DNA from: Marsupella aquatica
Lineage: Eukaryota > Plantae > Marchantiophyta
DNA: 64,000 nt
Direction: 5' to 3'
Assembly: GCA_973895155.1 (NCBI GenBank)
Contig: OZ316898.1
Coordinates: 5,319,079 to 5,383,078, forward strand
The notes under the pieces were generated by a model. That model did no database searches. It was given only the letters and a program-made list of their open reading frames with translations, and was not told the origin of the DNA. A program made the translations under genes and the position numbers. How positions within the stretch are numbered: position 1 is the stretch's first letter; each line of letters opens with the position of its first letter. Below, piece by piece: positions 24,120-36,723 of the stretch.

Positions 24120-24500
24120 GCGTTGCACAAAAGATGTCGAGGTGAAGAAAAGATGTCAACGTGAAAAAACTGTCGATGAGAAAAAGATGTCGAGGTGAGG
24201 AAATTGAAGAGAGAAAAGATGACAATGTGAAAAAAAGATGCAAAGACAATGAAACAATGTTGAGGGTGAGGGAAAGATGTTGTGACCCTATATGGAACAC
24301 GTTCAAATGCAGGCAAACTCATTCCATATGCGTTGCAAAACAGATATTGTTGCGTAAAAAATGTCATTGCGTAAAAGATGATGTTATGCAAAGGATGTCA
24401 TGGAGAAACAATGTCAATCATTATGTAAAAGAAATTCTTCCATAAAAAATGTTGCGTTTGGGTACCATTGCATACAAATGTCATTACGCAAAAGATGAAA
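24120..24500. repeat. Degenerate short AAAAGATGTC/TTGCGTAAAA repeats, probably a TE remnant
   Basis: Recurring 17-20-bp motifs. No coding signature. Confidence 0.45.
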
Positions 24501-26018
24501 TTTAGTAGATAATAAATTTCCGGGGAATAGATTACAATGCACAAAGTGAAAAAATATATAGTTAGCCTTAAAAGAGTGGAGAGAATTAAAATTATTAATA
24601 TTTATTTTAAATACACATATAATATAAAAAATGGGGCAGAAATATACAAATTTATTCCACTTTTTTCCACTTCCCTTTTTTTCCCTACCTTTTAATTCTT
24701 CTCCACTTCTTCAAATTTTGTCCCTTTTTTGCTCTATCTGCCCTCTCCCCCGTTTTTCCCCTGCTGGCCAATTTCTTGTTACCCTCCCTCTCATCTTTGC
24801 ATAGTGCTTTATCGTCATCTTTACTCTAATTTCCCCTTGTGTCTTTTCCTCTACCTTTTTAACTGTTCTCTACTTACTCAATTTTTGTCCTTTTTTCTCT
24901 ATATTCCCCCTCCCCCCTTTTTTCCCTCCGGGCCAATTTATGTTTACCCTCCCCCTCATCTTAGTTTGCATAGTGCTGCATTATTATAATAATTGCACCC
25001 TAGTATTCCCCATGGGACAGCAAAAACGGACAATTTGGTATCACCCATAACTATTGTACTTTCTAGTACAATTGTCATTGTTTTTATTTGCACACAAACA
25101 TAAATGTATCCCAATGTGATTAGGTGTATCTTGGACATAGTACCCTGCCATCTTTGTCATTGTTTTTATTTGCACACAAACATAAATGTATCCCAATGTG
25201 ATTAGTCTTGGACACAGGACCCTTTCATCTGAGATAGGAATCATATGTTAGACAATAAGATTTGGTTGAATCTAATGCTTGCAGAGTGGTAGGAAAAGTT
25301 GAGGCAAACCATGTCAAATCTTTGGTGTATCAGGGCTTTGACCTTCCTTTCAAGAGAGGAAGGTGTGCACGCAACCTGCAGAGGGCTAAGTAGCTCTCTT
25401 TTTCACGACCAACGCTGATGGAAAAACTTCAGAAAGATCAATGGCCAGGGATGATTCCAGTCAAGAGTGTATTTCATAAGCGGACGAAGGTTGAAATCTG
25501 GTGGGATTCTGTATTATAGTTGTACATATTAAAATTATTATTGTGTTCACATCAAAATTTGGCCACATTAGTGACCAAAGAATTTAGCCAGGTTTGTGAC
25601 CAAAGAGTTTTAACATGCAGAGTATGACCAAAGAGAGGTTCTCCAAAAATACCAGAAAAAAATGTTTTTGGTGAGAGTGAAGGGTGATAACCTGTTTGAG
25701 CCAGAAATGGAAGTTACAACGGACAGAGAGGTTCTCAGTGTGCTATGAGTGTGATTTAGATGGTGAGATCCATGGTAACATGTTGTGCAAATGAGATGAT
25801 GGAGGGGCCTACACTGCAAACAGTCTAGACTAAGCTATGCCCATGAGTGTAACAAAACTCCCCGTGATTAGCTACTTGGACTTAAGGAGGGACAAAAAGG
25901 AGTTTCACCATCTATTTCATGTCCATGCAGTTCATACGGGCTCTAAAGCTATCTCACCATATATTTGGTCATTCAATTGGCCAACTCAACTAGTGAAAGT
26001 GTAAAAGGAGGTATATGA

Positions 26019-26927
26019 TTGATGGGCCCTCTGGTGTAACTTTATGACCTGATGGCCCCCTACAAATTTCTTTTACCTAATAGGCCCCTTGCTACACTTT
26101 TATGTCAGTTGTTATTCTAGCAGTCACTCTAACCAATTTTTTCTTTATGCAATGACCAACTGCACAGTCGAACCTCGCACCCAACCTTGCACGGTCAAAC
26201 AGAAAGGTCAAATGACATGATTAGGGGAACCGCAGAATTGCGGCTGCCGCTACCCAAACTACAAAGTGAAGACAATATGGATTATGTCTTTGAATTTGAA
26301 CCGTGGACGGTACACGAACTGCAAAGTGAAGACAATATGAATTATGTCTTTAGATTTGAATTTTTGTATCATGGAGTAGTCATAGGGCTTACTTTCAAGT
26401 GCTCTATACAGGGTTTTCTCAATGGTTTTGAACTATGACTATCAGCTTGGAGGACATGTGTGATTGTTATGATCCTGGTACTTCCACTAACACTCTTTTT
26501 GTCACTGGCCAGCCATTGAACACTCGTTTCCATCACTAGGCACTTCAATCAACAACCTGTCAGTAGGTATTGACAAAACCCAAGCATCAAGCATCAACAA
26601 ATGCCCAAGCATCGACAGAACCCGAGCGCTTCCCTCCCACAAGACAAAGAATCGAAGAGCGACAATTGTCAGGTAGCGGCGACAACCCTAAACCCCTCAC
26701 AACACACAAATACATAATGCAATATGTCTTCATGGCTAAACCCGCCCCACCCTATTTAGAAGCCTATTGTGGTCAACTACACAGTTTGGCACCTCACAAG
26801 AACAATGAGTACGGCTCATTAAGAGGGCGTCTATTAGGGAAAAAATGTTTTGTAGGGGCCTATATTAGGTAAAAAAAGTTTCATAGGGGCCCATCAGATA
26901 AGAAAGTTTGACTAGAGGGCCCATCAA
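26019..26927. mobile_element. Non-autonomous TIR element with ~85-bp terminal inverted repeats (MULE/foldback-like)
   Basis: TTGATGGGCCCTCT...CTGATGG..CCCTA...TTTTACCTAATAGGCCCCT at the left end is mirrored at 26843-26927. No clear TSD. Confidence 0.6.
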
Positions 26928-27757
26928 GCATAATTATACATCAATTATCAGTCACTTTTATCAGTCTACCTGATATTAGCTGCCACCTCATCTCAAAGAG
27001 GTCACCAAGTTACGGTGCGAGAAAAAAATTGAAAAAAAATTTGAATTTTTTCCCTCAAATAAACTCTTCACCCCCACCTCAGTTTTTGCAAAGGGGGGGC
27101 AGTCCATTCAAAGTCGGAGTGGTACACTCCTACTGTATCAACCACTTTGCAACAATGGAGGTACCAGGAGGAAAAAGGGGTGCATAGAAACTTAACTTCA
27201 CTTTCCATCCCCCCCTCCGTTTTGGCAACGGGGGTGAAGCATGGGACTTTTTCTTACCCCCTTTGCAGGAGCCAGTGTAGGGGGCCATAGAGGGGGCGAA
27301 TAGAATGCTACCCTAACCCATCTCCTCAAGTGGGTTTTATGGGCTGCCACCCTCAAAGGCAGGCAGCCCCATAGGGTAACAGGATATGACAAACTTATGC
27401 TTACTTATGTGGCCTGGCTATGATGGATGGCCTTTCTTTAGTGCGGGTTCCCTTTGTGGGATGGCTCCTCTGGCTTCAGCTCCTATTTCCTGCCAATCCG
27501 TCTTTTTTGCAATGTTTGTTACATCTTATTCAAGCAGAATAAGCATCAAGTTTAAAACTTCAAAATATATAACTCACAAGTCTAATCTAAGCCATAGAGT
27601 CTAAGCAATAAATTCTTTTGTCCAGATTGGCAAACCTACCTAGATTCAAAGTGTGGCAAAAAGGGGTCAGTGAGATCTATCCAAATTCAAAGTGTTATAA
27701 GGGGTCAATTTAATAATTGGTTTTGTCCGTCTGGTTGAGTGATTAGGTAATTAGCTG

Positions 27758-28081
27758 CTCGGGGGGTCACTTCCATGGAAGTGGCACATCACATGCGACG
27801 AAGTATAGGCCCATTTAAATAGGTGTGGCGGAAGACTTCCAAAGTTTGGTGGAAGAACACATAGGGCATGTTTTATTGACTAATCAACTTTAAAGAACAC
27901 ATAGGCCTATTTAATTATAAAAAATACTTTCTTTAAAGTTTTTAGGGGTTTTTTAGTAAAATTGACAAATTTTAAATTAAAAAAGGGTTTTCAAAAAAAT
28001 GTTTTTCACTTATAAGTTAGGGGGGTCAAACCCTAAAATGTCGCACACGATGTATGGCCCTCCATGTAGTGACCCCCTGAG
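27758..28081. mobile_element. 324-bp MITE with ~45-bp imperfect TIRs and 8-bp TSD
   Basis: TIR CTC(G/A)GGGGGTCACT..CATGGA. Flanks are ATTAGCTG (27750-27757) and ATTAGTTG (28082-28089). The interior is AT-rich. Confidence 0.75.
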
Positions 28082-30449
28082 ATTAGTTGTGCTAGTGGCT
28101 AGTAAGATTTCACTTTCTCTATTGCGATTTTTGTGACAATATTATCATGCCCACCTTCTGAAATTCTCAGATTAGGCCCACTGTATTGGTAAGTAAAGGG
28201 ATTATTTCAAGGCAAAAAGAAAAGGGGTCGAATATACAATTGCTACAAAGTCCTCTCAGAGTTTGGAATGAGCTTAAACCATTTGGAATAATTTGTGGTC
28301 AACTAATGATCCTCCAAAGAGGGTCCATTATTATAATGGTTTATACTAGGTTACTGATAGGCTCATTAATTGTCACAAGTTTGGTACCAAGTTTTGTTAA
28401 AAAGGAGTCTCAGCATAAAAAACCATATAGATTTAGGCCGACCCAAAGTAACTTGAGGTAAGGACTTGGTGACAATTTGCCAAACCAAAATTCACAGTGA
28501 AGGTCACGAGTTAGTAGACAATAAATATGATCATATCAGTTGGGGCCAGGTCAGAGCTTGGTGAGAATTTGCCAAACCGAAGGTCATGGCTGTGAAGAAG
28601 TCAAAGAAGACCATCCCCAGAACACAGACAATCACAATCATGTTAACTTGCAAGTAAGTCTTGAAAATTGGCTGGTTATTATCGGTTTTGGCACAACAAA
28701 TCTTCAGAACTGTCCTTAATTAGGCACTTCATTTGTCCTTTCCTTTCCCTAGAGTCCCTCGACAAGTAAAAATGTACCAGTTAAACTTTGTTCCAGCCTA
28801 TTTTATGCAATACCTATGCCAAAAGGTCTTCCGGACTGGGTAAATATACAAGCTTCCAGAAAGTTGTCTGTGGTGACTCCGAATCTTCATTATACTTCAA
28901 GGATGTTTTGGGAATAAATTGGGGATATATAAATCGAAGTACCAGAGACGATGGTTCTTCCCAGGCAGCTGTAATACATAGAGAATTCCATTATTTGGAA
29001 TTTTTAACTGGGAATAAACCAAGTATACACAAACTTGGGACAAAGTCCTCACAAATCTGGGAAGGGAGAAATGTCGTGACTAACTTGTACACCTGTCCCA
29101 CCAATGCCAACTTCAACCCAGTTGGGTTTTCACATTTTGAAAGATTGTGGGCGGTGTTCCTGTGAGCCACTTCAAAAACTGAAATAAGCAGGTGTTTTCA
29201 TCCGAAGTTCCAATCATTTTGTATATTGGTTGGATAACGACCCTAAATCAATCGTCCATCCATCTAGACCTTCTTATTGAACACAACTGCAGATCTTGTC
29301 CTGGATTTAGGAAGCGAATAGCCAACCACCTTCTCACAAGCTATAGAACCCCCGAGGAATCCCCTATCGTTTGGGGGAGATGGTCAATACTTTTTAGTGT
29401 CTTGGTTTAAACTGACATCTATCAAGTTGTCCTGGACGATAACAGGTATTGTGTCAAACACTTAGCGGAGTCTCAAGATTGGTTGCTGTCCACCAGAAGT
29501 CTCGTCATAATGAACGATGAAATGATAAGCCTTGTCAGAAACCATTGCAATCTTTCCTCCAACAGGTTCGAGTCCACTCAAGGACAACCGATAAAAAAAT
29601 CTCTCCAAACAGATTCCAACTACAGACCTTCCCATGACTTGGAATGATGGACTACCCTTTCTCCCGGGGTCCTCACTTCTTTTTTTCTGACCCATCACGC
29701 GCGAATAAGTATAGGGTTTTTTTATTGAGTTTAGTGAAATACTTTTAAATTTTTGTTGAAGAACATTAGGGTTATTTTAATCCAATTTTGAGAATTATAA
29801 GAATCATAGGGTTTTTTAAAATCAAATATGGGAATATTCTTGGAATATTCCATTAAGTTAGGGGCAAAACAATTCCTAGAAAAAACTTTATTGACTTAAC
29901 TTTTAGGGTGTTTATTCCCCCAAAACTTCGAGTGTGATATGAGACACCCCTTGGATTGAGGCCCCCGAGCCCTTTCTCTGCTATGCACATATTTTTTCCC
30001 CATCCATTTGTCTTGCAAAGGCCCCCAATTCAATCAACCTCATGCCAATAAAAGCTTTTGTCCTTCACCAATTTTAATGCATCACTAGTAGTAAAACTTG
30101 TTGTGGGCGTATAATTTGTGATTATATTAACTATCATGGTTTTATTTATATTTACCTATTTATTTTCTTCTTTTGTCTTACAAACACTTGGACTTTGAAA
30201 TTTCATTTTACCGCTATATATGCAACCCTAGCCACTAGAAAAGTTATCCTCATGCATGCCACCTTTTTGAAAACCCTAGCTTATAACCTAAACACATGCA
30301 TTCTCCATCTTCTAAAGTATTCTCTCAAACATTTCCATTCTGAAAACTTTGCAAACAACTCTCTTTGCAAAACATTTTTTGAACCTATCGGGAAGGAATT
30401 TTTGAACCTCTTGTGAATCAAATTACATCGGTAATTGTGATACAAATGG

Positions 30450-30830
30450 GTTCTCAAATTTGCGACCAAACTAGCTTCGGTACTTTGCGACTCAGTTTTT
30501 CACAACAATTTCCGAAGATAATAGGTTCACAAGACACCTGTGATCAGATTAGTATTGCTAAATTATGAACCAAAATGTATCCAAATACGGTCGCGATGGT
30601 CGTGGACTCACAAAGTCATTGCGAGACAACTAGTATCTAAACTTGTTGCGAAGTCAATAACATCCAAAATGAATTGCGATGTATTTAGCTTCGCAACATG
30701 ATTTTGCAACAATGAGAGCATGGGATATTGTGATGCGTGTTTCATCACAAAATATCTGAAGGCGCTAACATCGCAAGACCTTCCCGACGTTGAAAAACAC
30801 CTTTACAAAAGGGGCCAATATGTAGTAGTG
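30450..30830. mobile_element. Possible CACTA element end remnant
   Basis: Clustered TTGCGA/TCGCAA subterminal-like motifs end in TGTAGTAGTG. CACTAGTAGTAAAA occurs at ~30084. The TSD does not match. Confidence 0.3.
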
Positions 30831-31334
30831 ATTTCCCGTTGAAAAGACGGGATTAATGCTCTCTTCCAATGCAACACTGGTGTATGCTGGTCTGGATTGG
30901 AAAACCCGTGTAAATAAAATAGTGTCCATTTTTATGTAGAAAACCAAAAAGAAAGAGAAGCCACTAGAAATAACAGGGTAGATAGATTTACTACCACCGG
31001 GCAGTATTGGGAGCACATAGTCAGTGCCTCCTGCTCCAATCAATTTGAAACACAAATGGAATCTAGAGGTAGTTTGACAGATTTTCTCTGTAGAGAGGTG
31101 GCTGACACCCATATATTGCAGAAAACCCTGGTTCATGACCATCAGCTCCTCTAGCCGTGAGAACGCCTATAAACTACACTCTTTACAATTATTTAGTATC
31201 ACACACTCCAATTACTGTGAGGTTATATTCAAGGTAAGTGACAGTAATTAGGGCATGTGACACTAATATGGTTGTCTTCCTCCACCTACCACTGTGGTGG
31301 TTGTTTTCTCTGCTGTTGCAATTACTATATCACA

Positions 31335-31520
31335 AATGAAGGCCATCTCAATCCTTCAGCAATATGCTACAATTATAGTACCATGGATGAAGGGTGTCTC
31401 TATCCTCAAACAATATGCTGCAATTACAGTACCATGGATGAAGGTGTCTCAATCCTCGAGAGCTATATGCTGTGAGTACTGTACCTCGGACAAAGGGGTC
31501 TATATCCTCAAGCAATATAA
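31335..31520. repeat. ~51-bp minisatellite, ~3.5 copies
   Basis: ATGAAGG..TCTC(A/T)ATCCT..A.CAATATGCT.CAATTA.AGTACCATGG is repeated. Confidence 0.75.
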
Positions 31521-31620
31521 GGTTTTGTTCATAGCTCCCGAGTGCAACAATTCTCGTCTTCATATGAATTTTTTGTTTCTGATTTTTTCCCCAGTTTATG
31601 AAGCCTTGGGCCATAAACGC

Positions 31621-31970
31621 CAAATCAATGACTTGGGTCAGTTGGCCAGGGGAGAGCCTACAACCTAGGTTCAACCCCCCCTCCACACCCCTATAAATGC
31701 CAAACCAAGTGACTTGGGTCAGTTGGCAAGGGAGAGCCTACAACCCAAAGGTCCCAGGTATGTGTGGGGTGTAGTGTTGAGAGTCCTGGTTTTTCCTCAG
31801 TCCCTACCGTAGTTGGTCCACTTTTGGGCCCTAGGTCAACCCTCTCTCGTTTCTGGGTTGGGTCCCTGGGTATCGTTCCCTTGTGGCTACCCTATATAAA
31901 ATCGCATGCTCCAGAGAAGAACTTCTATCCTCTGTTGGATGGGTTTGCTTTTGGCTGCCATGACAAAAAG
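31621..31970 (+). mobile_element. SINE, copy D, with duplicated tRNA-like head
   Basis: TGACTTGGGTCAGTTGGC(C/A)AGGG occurs twice, along with GGTTCAACCCCC. The 3' motif ATCCTCTGTTGGATGGG is shared with the other copies. Confidence 0.65.
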
Positions 31971-32522
31971 TTTAGGGAACGTCTCAGTCAACCCAGAAGG
32001 ATCACATTAGTAGTAACCCATAACTCACAAGTTAACCACTAGGGTGTCTCAAATCTAAGGCGCCACAGAAAGATCTGCAACTCAAAAGTGTGAGTTATGA
32101 ACGCTAGTCACAAGTGGTTGCACTGCTCAAAAGTGTGAGTGTGACCAGAGCCAAAACCCAAAGAGTTGAAATGCTCTATTGGGAACTTTTGATTTTTGAG
32201 CGAGATTTTGAGACACCATGAATGAAGGGTGGACAGGCAATGGTAGACTTGTGACAAGAGGGCACTCTAAATGAATGTTCTACCAACAAACCTATTCCTA
32301 GGAACCTGGGTCTGCCCTGGAACCTGAGACCCGCTACTGGGAGTGAGAGTGGAAACCCCCCACTCCCAGGTTTTGGACTTTAGTGATCCAAACTCCCATC
32401 AGCAATGCACTGGACAAATGAAGTATTATATGTGTAAACAACTGACATTTGAGCATTTGCAGATGGACTATGGGTACAGTTGCTTTTGGTCATTGCTTTA
32501 CGTCAAAGCAAACCCACTATGA

Positions 32523-32885
32523 TGTTTGGTATTGTTCTTAGTCTTGTGACTCATGAGCTAACCATAGTTAGGCTGCTAATCACAGTTAGGCTAACTCAGG
32601 TTAAGACTTAGCTAATGTTAGCGGTAGTGCTGTTGTGTATATAGCCAGGGCTGGTGCCAGCCCATGGTGGGACTAAGGCTCATTGTTACGGAGCTAGTTG
32701 AGAGATAGGGAGAGCTTGTGCTGTGGATGCTTGGTATGGTCGGTCGGCCTAGAGTGCAGTAAAGCTCTTGTGTGTTCCCGTGGACGTAGCCTCATGTGGA
32801 GGTGAACCACGTATCTCTCTGAGTCGACTCTTGTACGTTGGATGATTCATGGGCTTGCCGTTGCGATTGTCGTCTATGCTCAACA
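32523..32885 (+). mobile_element. Solo LTR (363 bp), copia-like
   Basis: Termini are TGTT...AACA, flanked by a perfect 5-bp TSD TATGA (32518-32522 and 32886-32890). It contains a TATA-like TATATAG and the CCCGTGGACGTAG...GTGAACCACGTA motif typical of plant copia LTRs. Confidence 0.85.
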
Positions 32886-34218
32886 TATGATGGAAAGTTT
32901 TGTTGCAAAGTCCGGATCCAATTATGGACACCCCCTATAGTAGTGCTTTGGGTACTGTGCAACAATTCATAATTCTATTTTTTTGCGCAACAGACTTAAA
33001 TAATATGCTCTGGTGTGGGAACATAACTTTGGCATTCTATTGTGTTTTTTGATTTTTCCTTTGTAGTTTCTATGCTTTCACACTAATTTGCAGTCTTGGG
33101 CAATTTCTAAAAATCTTAGAAAATATAATGCACATTTATAGTGAGTTAGGATTCCACTTGCATTGCACATTGAAATTTCTTAAAGTAGTAGTAGCAAACC
33201 ACTCTCCCACGACACCTCACACCTATTCAACGTTGTTGAGGGGGTTCCATTTACCTCCTACCACACCAGCCGAGGGGTAACCTAGAAGTGTGTAGCAAGC
33301 AAAATTCTCTTGTATTCAAGATGAGCTTCTCTACTAGCAAATCAAAGACTCTTTCACTCTTTGTCAACCAAAAATGAACCAGTCGCACTCTCTCCATGCT
33401 GATTGATGGTATATATCAACCAGGTCACAAATGGTTACTCACTCACAACCCAAATTACCCCTAAATTTTGGAATAATTTTGAGTACCTCTCATCTCATCA
33501 TAACTTCCTTTTTTCTCACTAAAGTCAAAATCGAGGGAATGATTTAAAGGAAAATCGAGAGAATGATTAAAAGGGCCTTTCTTGTCTTATCTTGTCGCTA
33601 AAGGTCAATTGCAAGTGTTATTTACTAGGGTATTATAAGGGTGGCCAGCCAATTATATACTGTAATTGAACCAAGGAGTTGAAGCCCTGCCGAGCGATGC
33701 GACCAGGTTAGGTAAGGGCGCCCAAACCAAGAAGTCCAGCCCACGGCCCACCCTACCCTAACCCGGCAAAATTTCCACCCGGGTTGTACTTACTGTATGC
33801 TTACCGGGTCCCTAGCTAGGCCGCTTTACCTAACTGAGGTTTCTTTATGAGCATACCGTACATAACTGCCGGCTCCTCATTACCTCTCTCCAATCATTGT
33901 GACACTGAATCGACGGTGCCCCTAGCTACGGCGCCTAAGGCTGTTTTGAATGCCCGCAGACAAATACAAATCAATTTATAGAGCACGAGAGAAGCTCCAT
34001 ACTTGTTCACAACGTACCGCAAATTGAAATTGTCTTGTTTCTGGCATACTTAGGCGAGGTTGCGAGAACCAGAAGCAGGTAAACCCACTTCGTTCGTTCT
34101 AAGCCCGCAGACAGGGCATAAATTGATTGACAATATACAGGAATTTACCAGACTTGTTCACAGCACACCGCAATCCAAAGAATCAGGTTTGCTGGATAGC
34201 CGAGATTGTGAACAAAGC

Positions 34219-34853
34219 CAACTAACCAGACTTGGTGTGTTGAAAGTCTCCAGACAGGAAGTCAGAGATTGGTTTGGAATACGCATGAGTAGGATATGAC
34301 TTGTTTACGACTTTCAGAATCCAATTGTCACCTGATTTCGAGACAGGTCAGGTTTCCAGGAAGAGAAGCCCGGTCTGTTGGAGTAGGGCGTCTCAAAGAT
34401 AGACTGTTGCATTCCCGATGGACACCCGGTACTTCTGTGACACGGGTTGCCCAAATCAGGTGGTCGGCCCACTGAGTTTGTTACTGCAAATTTCTTACCG
34501 GTTTTTGTAATGATCCGGACTTACACTATGTCCGTCACGGACTGACTTAATTCAGGTTCAAGGCAAGGTTCAACCCCCGTTTTTGGAGGACCCAATTTGC
34601 GTTCTGGTGTTCATTTTCGGGAAGCGACCTGAGGCATCCGGGTGACCAGAAGGAGCCCAAAAAACTATAGGGTTGAGACCCCTAGTGTAATGAGGTTACG
34701 AATGGAACCAGCTCAACAGGCTAGGTGTGTTGGGAGTCTCCAGACAGGCCACAGTTGGTTTGGAGTAAGCATGAGTAGGGTCTAACCTGTTTACATCTTC
34801 CACAATCCAGCTTTAACTTGTTTCGGGACAGGTCAGGTTGCCGGGACGAGAAC
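34219..34853. repeat. ~150-bp dispersed direct repeat pair (34219-34368, 34708-34853)
   Basis: GGTGTGTTG..AGTCTCCAGACAGG...TTGGTTTGGA...GCATGAGTAGG...GACAGGTCAGGTT occurs twice. Confidence 0.7.
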
Positions 34854-36229
34854 CATGACACTGTCCGCCGTTGATGCGCCGTCGGCCTGCGGTGCACAGT
34901 ACCGGTAAAGTCCCACCATCTTCATCTGGAGTCGCTATTTTTGGCCGTTCCGTTCGCCATTACACTCCTTCATTATTATGCAGTCCCTTCCAGCGACGGT
35001 TTTCTCGAGTAGAAGGGTAGAGTAGAGAGAACAGTAGAGCAGAAGAGTAGAGTAGAATATAGAGTAGAGTAGAGAGTAGAGTCGCGATGTTGGTCGACTA
35101 GTGACTCTCGCGCGTTTTGTTTTTTCGGCTTTTCGTCGTCCCTCGTCGTCGTCCTCTTCCTCTTCCTCGTCTTGGTTCTTTTCGTCCGCCTCTCTCTGTC
35201 TGCTGCTCATCCGCCTCTGCTTGTCCGGTCTAGTCTTTCTTCTTCAGTTTGCGCCCTTCCGGCTCCAAAGCAATTCTTCGGCTTTTTGCCAGCCATCGTC
35301 TGAACTCTGAGGTGCGATTGAATATTGAATATTGCTGTTGGCTTCCCCGACCTTTCTGACCTTCTTCATGCCTAATAAGAAGACGTTTTCGCTTCGGCAA
35401 GCAAGCAAGTACGCAAAGCGAGCCAGCCCAATGTGAGCAGCAGCAGCTGATGCTGCGTTTATGGAGACTATCATGGATATGGTAGCCTTGCGGCTGCTGA
35501 TGAACAGTGCCGTGGATGACGACTTCCTGCTTCTTCTCCTCCTCCTACTACTACTCCTCCTGGTCGCCCGCAGCCCTGCCTTGATTGCTGCCTTTCTTCC
35601 CTGCCCTCCGCCCGAGTCCCGACCTTGCACATGGGGGGCAGGTGGTGTGGTTGTAGACTGAGATGATGATGAGCCAGCCAAAGTATGTATGGAACAAGCA
35701 AGCAAGTACTGTAATAAGCAAGCAACAACAACCAAGCGAGGGAGAGTGAGCGAATCGGAACCTTGGAAAACCAGAAAGCCACCGGGAGCTGCGTGCTCTC
35801 ACAGCCACGGGTACTGCTGGAGCAATTAACCGCAGCCGCGTCTCTCTGACGGAGCCTCAGCGCAGTTTAGCGCCACGGGGCGAAAAAGAGGAGTGAGAAT
35901 TGTTGCCCTCTTCCTATCTCCCTCCGGAACTCCTTCGACACTCAATATTTGCATCTATCTTGGAGCAGATTTGGGATTTGCGCTCCGTTCCTTTCCCATT
36001 CAGCGTTTTTCTTCATCATCTTACCGTCACCTTCTTGCTTACAGTGGTCAGTATTACTGAAGAGAAACTAAGTTGTCCTGTTCGTCGTCCTTGTGCTTTT
36101 CTGCGAAGCTGCTCCTCCCTTCTTTTTCTTCTTCTCTTTCTTCTGCTGTCGCGGAGGGTTTCCGTACCGCGCAGTCGTCTCTCGACCGTCACCCTATGGA
36201 GCGTTCTTCTGTCCCGTCGAACAGGCTGC

Positions 36230-36592
36230 ATGGGGTTCCAGTGCTGCTGGCTTGCCTGGCTGAAGAAGATCAGGTACGCGCTGCTACTTCTCCAATTGGA
36301 CTTCATCCTCTCCATGGATGTGGAGCCGAGAGCCCGCGGAAGTTTGCAGGCGCCTTTCCTCTATCCAGCCTTCTTGTTCCAGCCCCTTATGACCTCCTTC
36401 TGCTATCCCGGTGAGAACCACCATTTCCGGAAGAAAACCACCGCCCTAGACAACCGATCTATCCGTCGCTGTACTAGCACGCTGATCCCGAAATTCTCAG
36501 GCTTTTCGATGCCTGTGATCACGGGATTGGGATCCATCTTTGGAGACTCTCGCCCTAGTTTCCTAATGACGATCCTGCCCAATCGTCGATGA
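36230..36592 (+). promoter_or_regulatory. Candidate upstream ORF (120 aa, MGFQCCWLAWLKKIRYALLLLQLDFILSMD...) in the PHD gene leader
   Basis: ATG-initiated ORF ending 131 nt before the main ATG. It lies in a GC/CT-rich leader-like region. Confidence 0.35.
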
Positions 36593-36723
36593 TCTTTGTT
36601 CATTATCATTGCTCATAGAGAGATAGAGGTAGAGCAAGTGAGATGAAGGAGACATTTAGCATTTTTGGAATTATTCGAGCGTGAGCTGCATTTGGGAGAA
36701 GGCAAGCACACTACGGGACCTGG

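Noticed and set aside
28587-29700. Possible gene remnant (MAVKKSKKT..., short ORFs)
   Set aside because: No family could be recognised. The resemblance to a ribosomal protein N-terminus is too short to support a call.
31335-31520. CRISPR-like appearance of periodic repeats (also 60964-61050)
   Set aside because: No unique spacers, no cas genes and a eukaryotic context. These are ordinary minisatellites.
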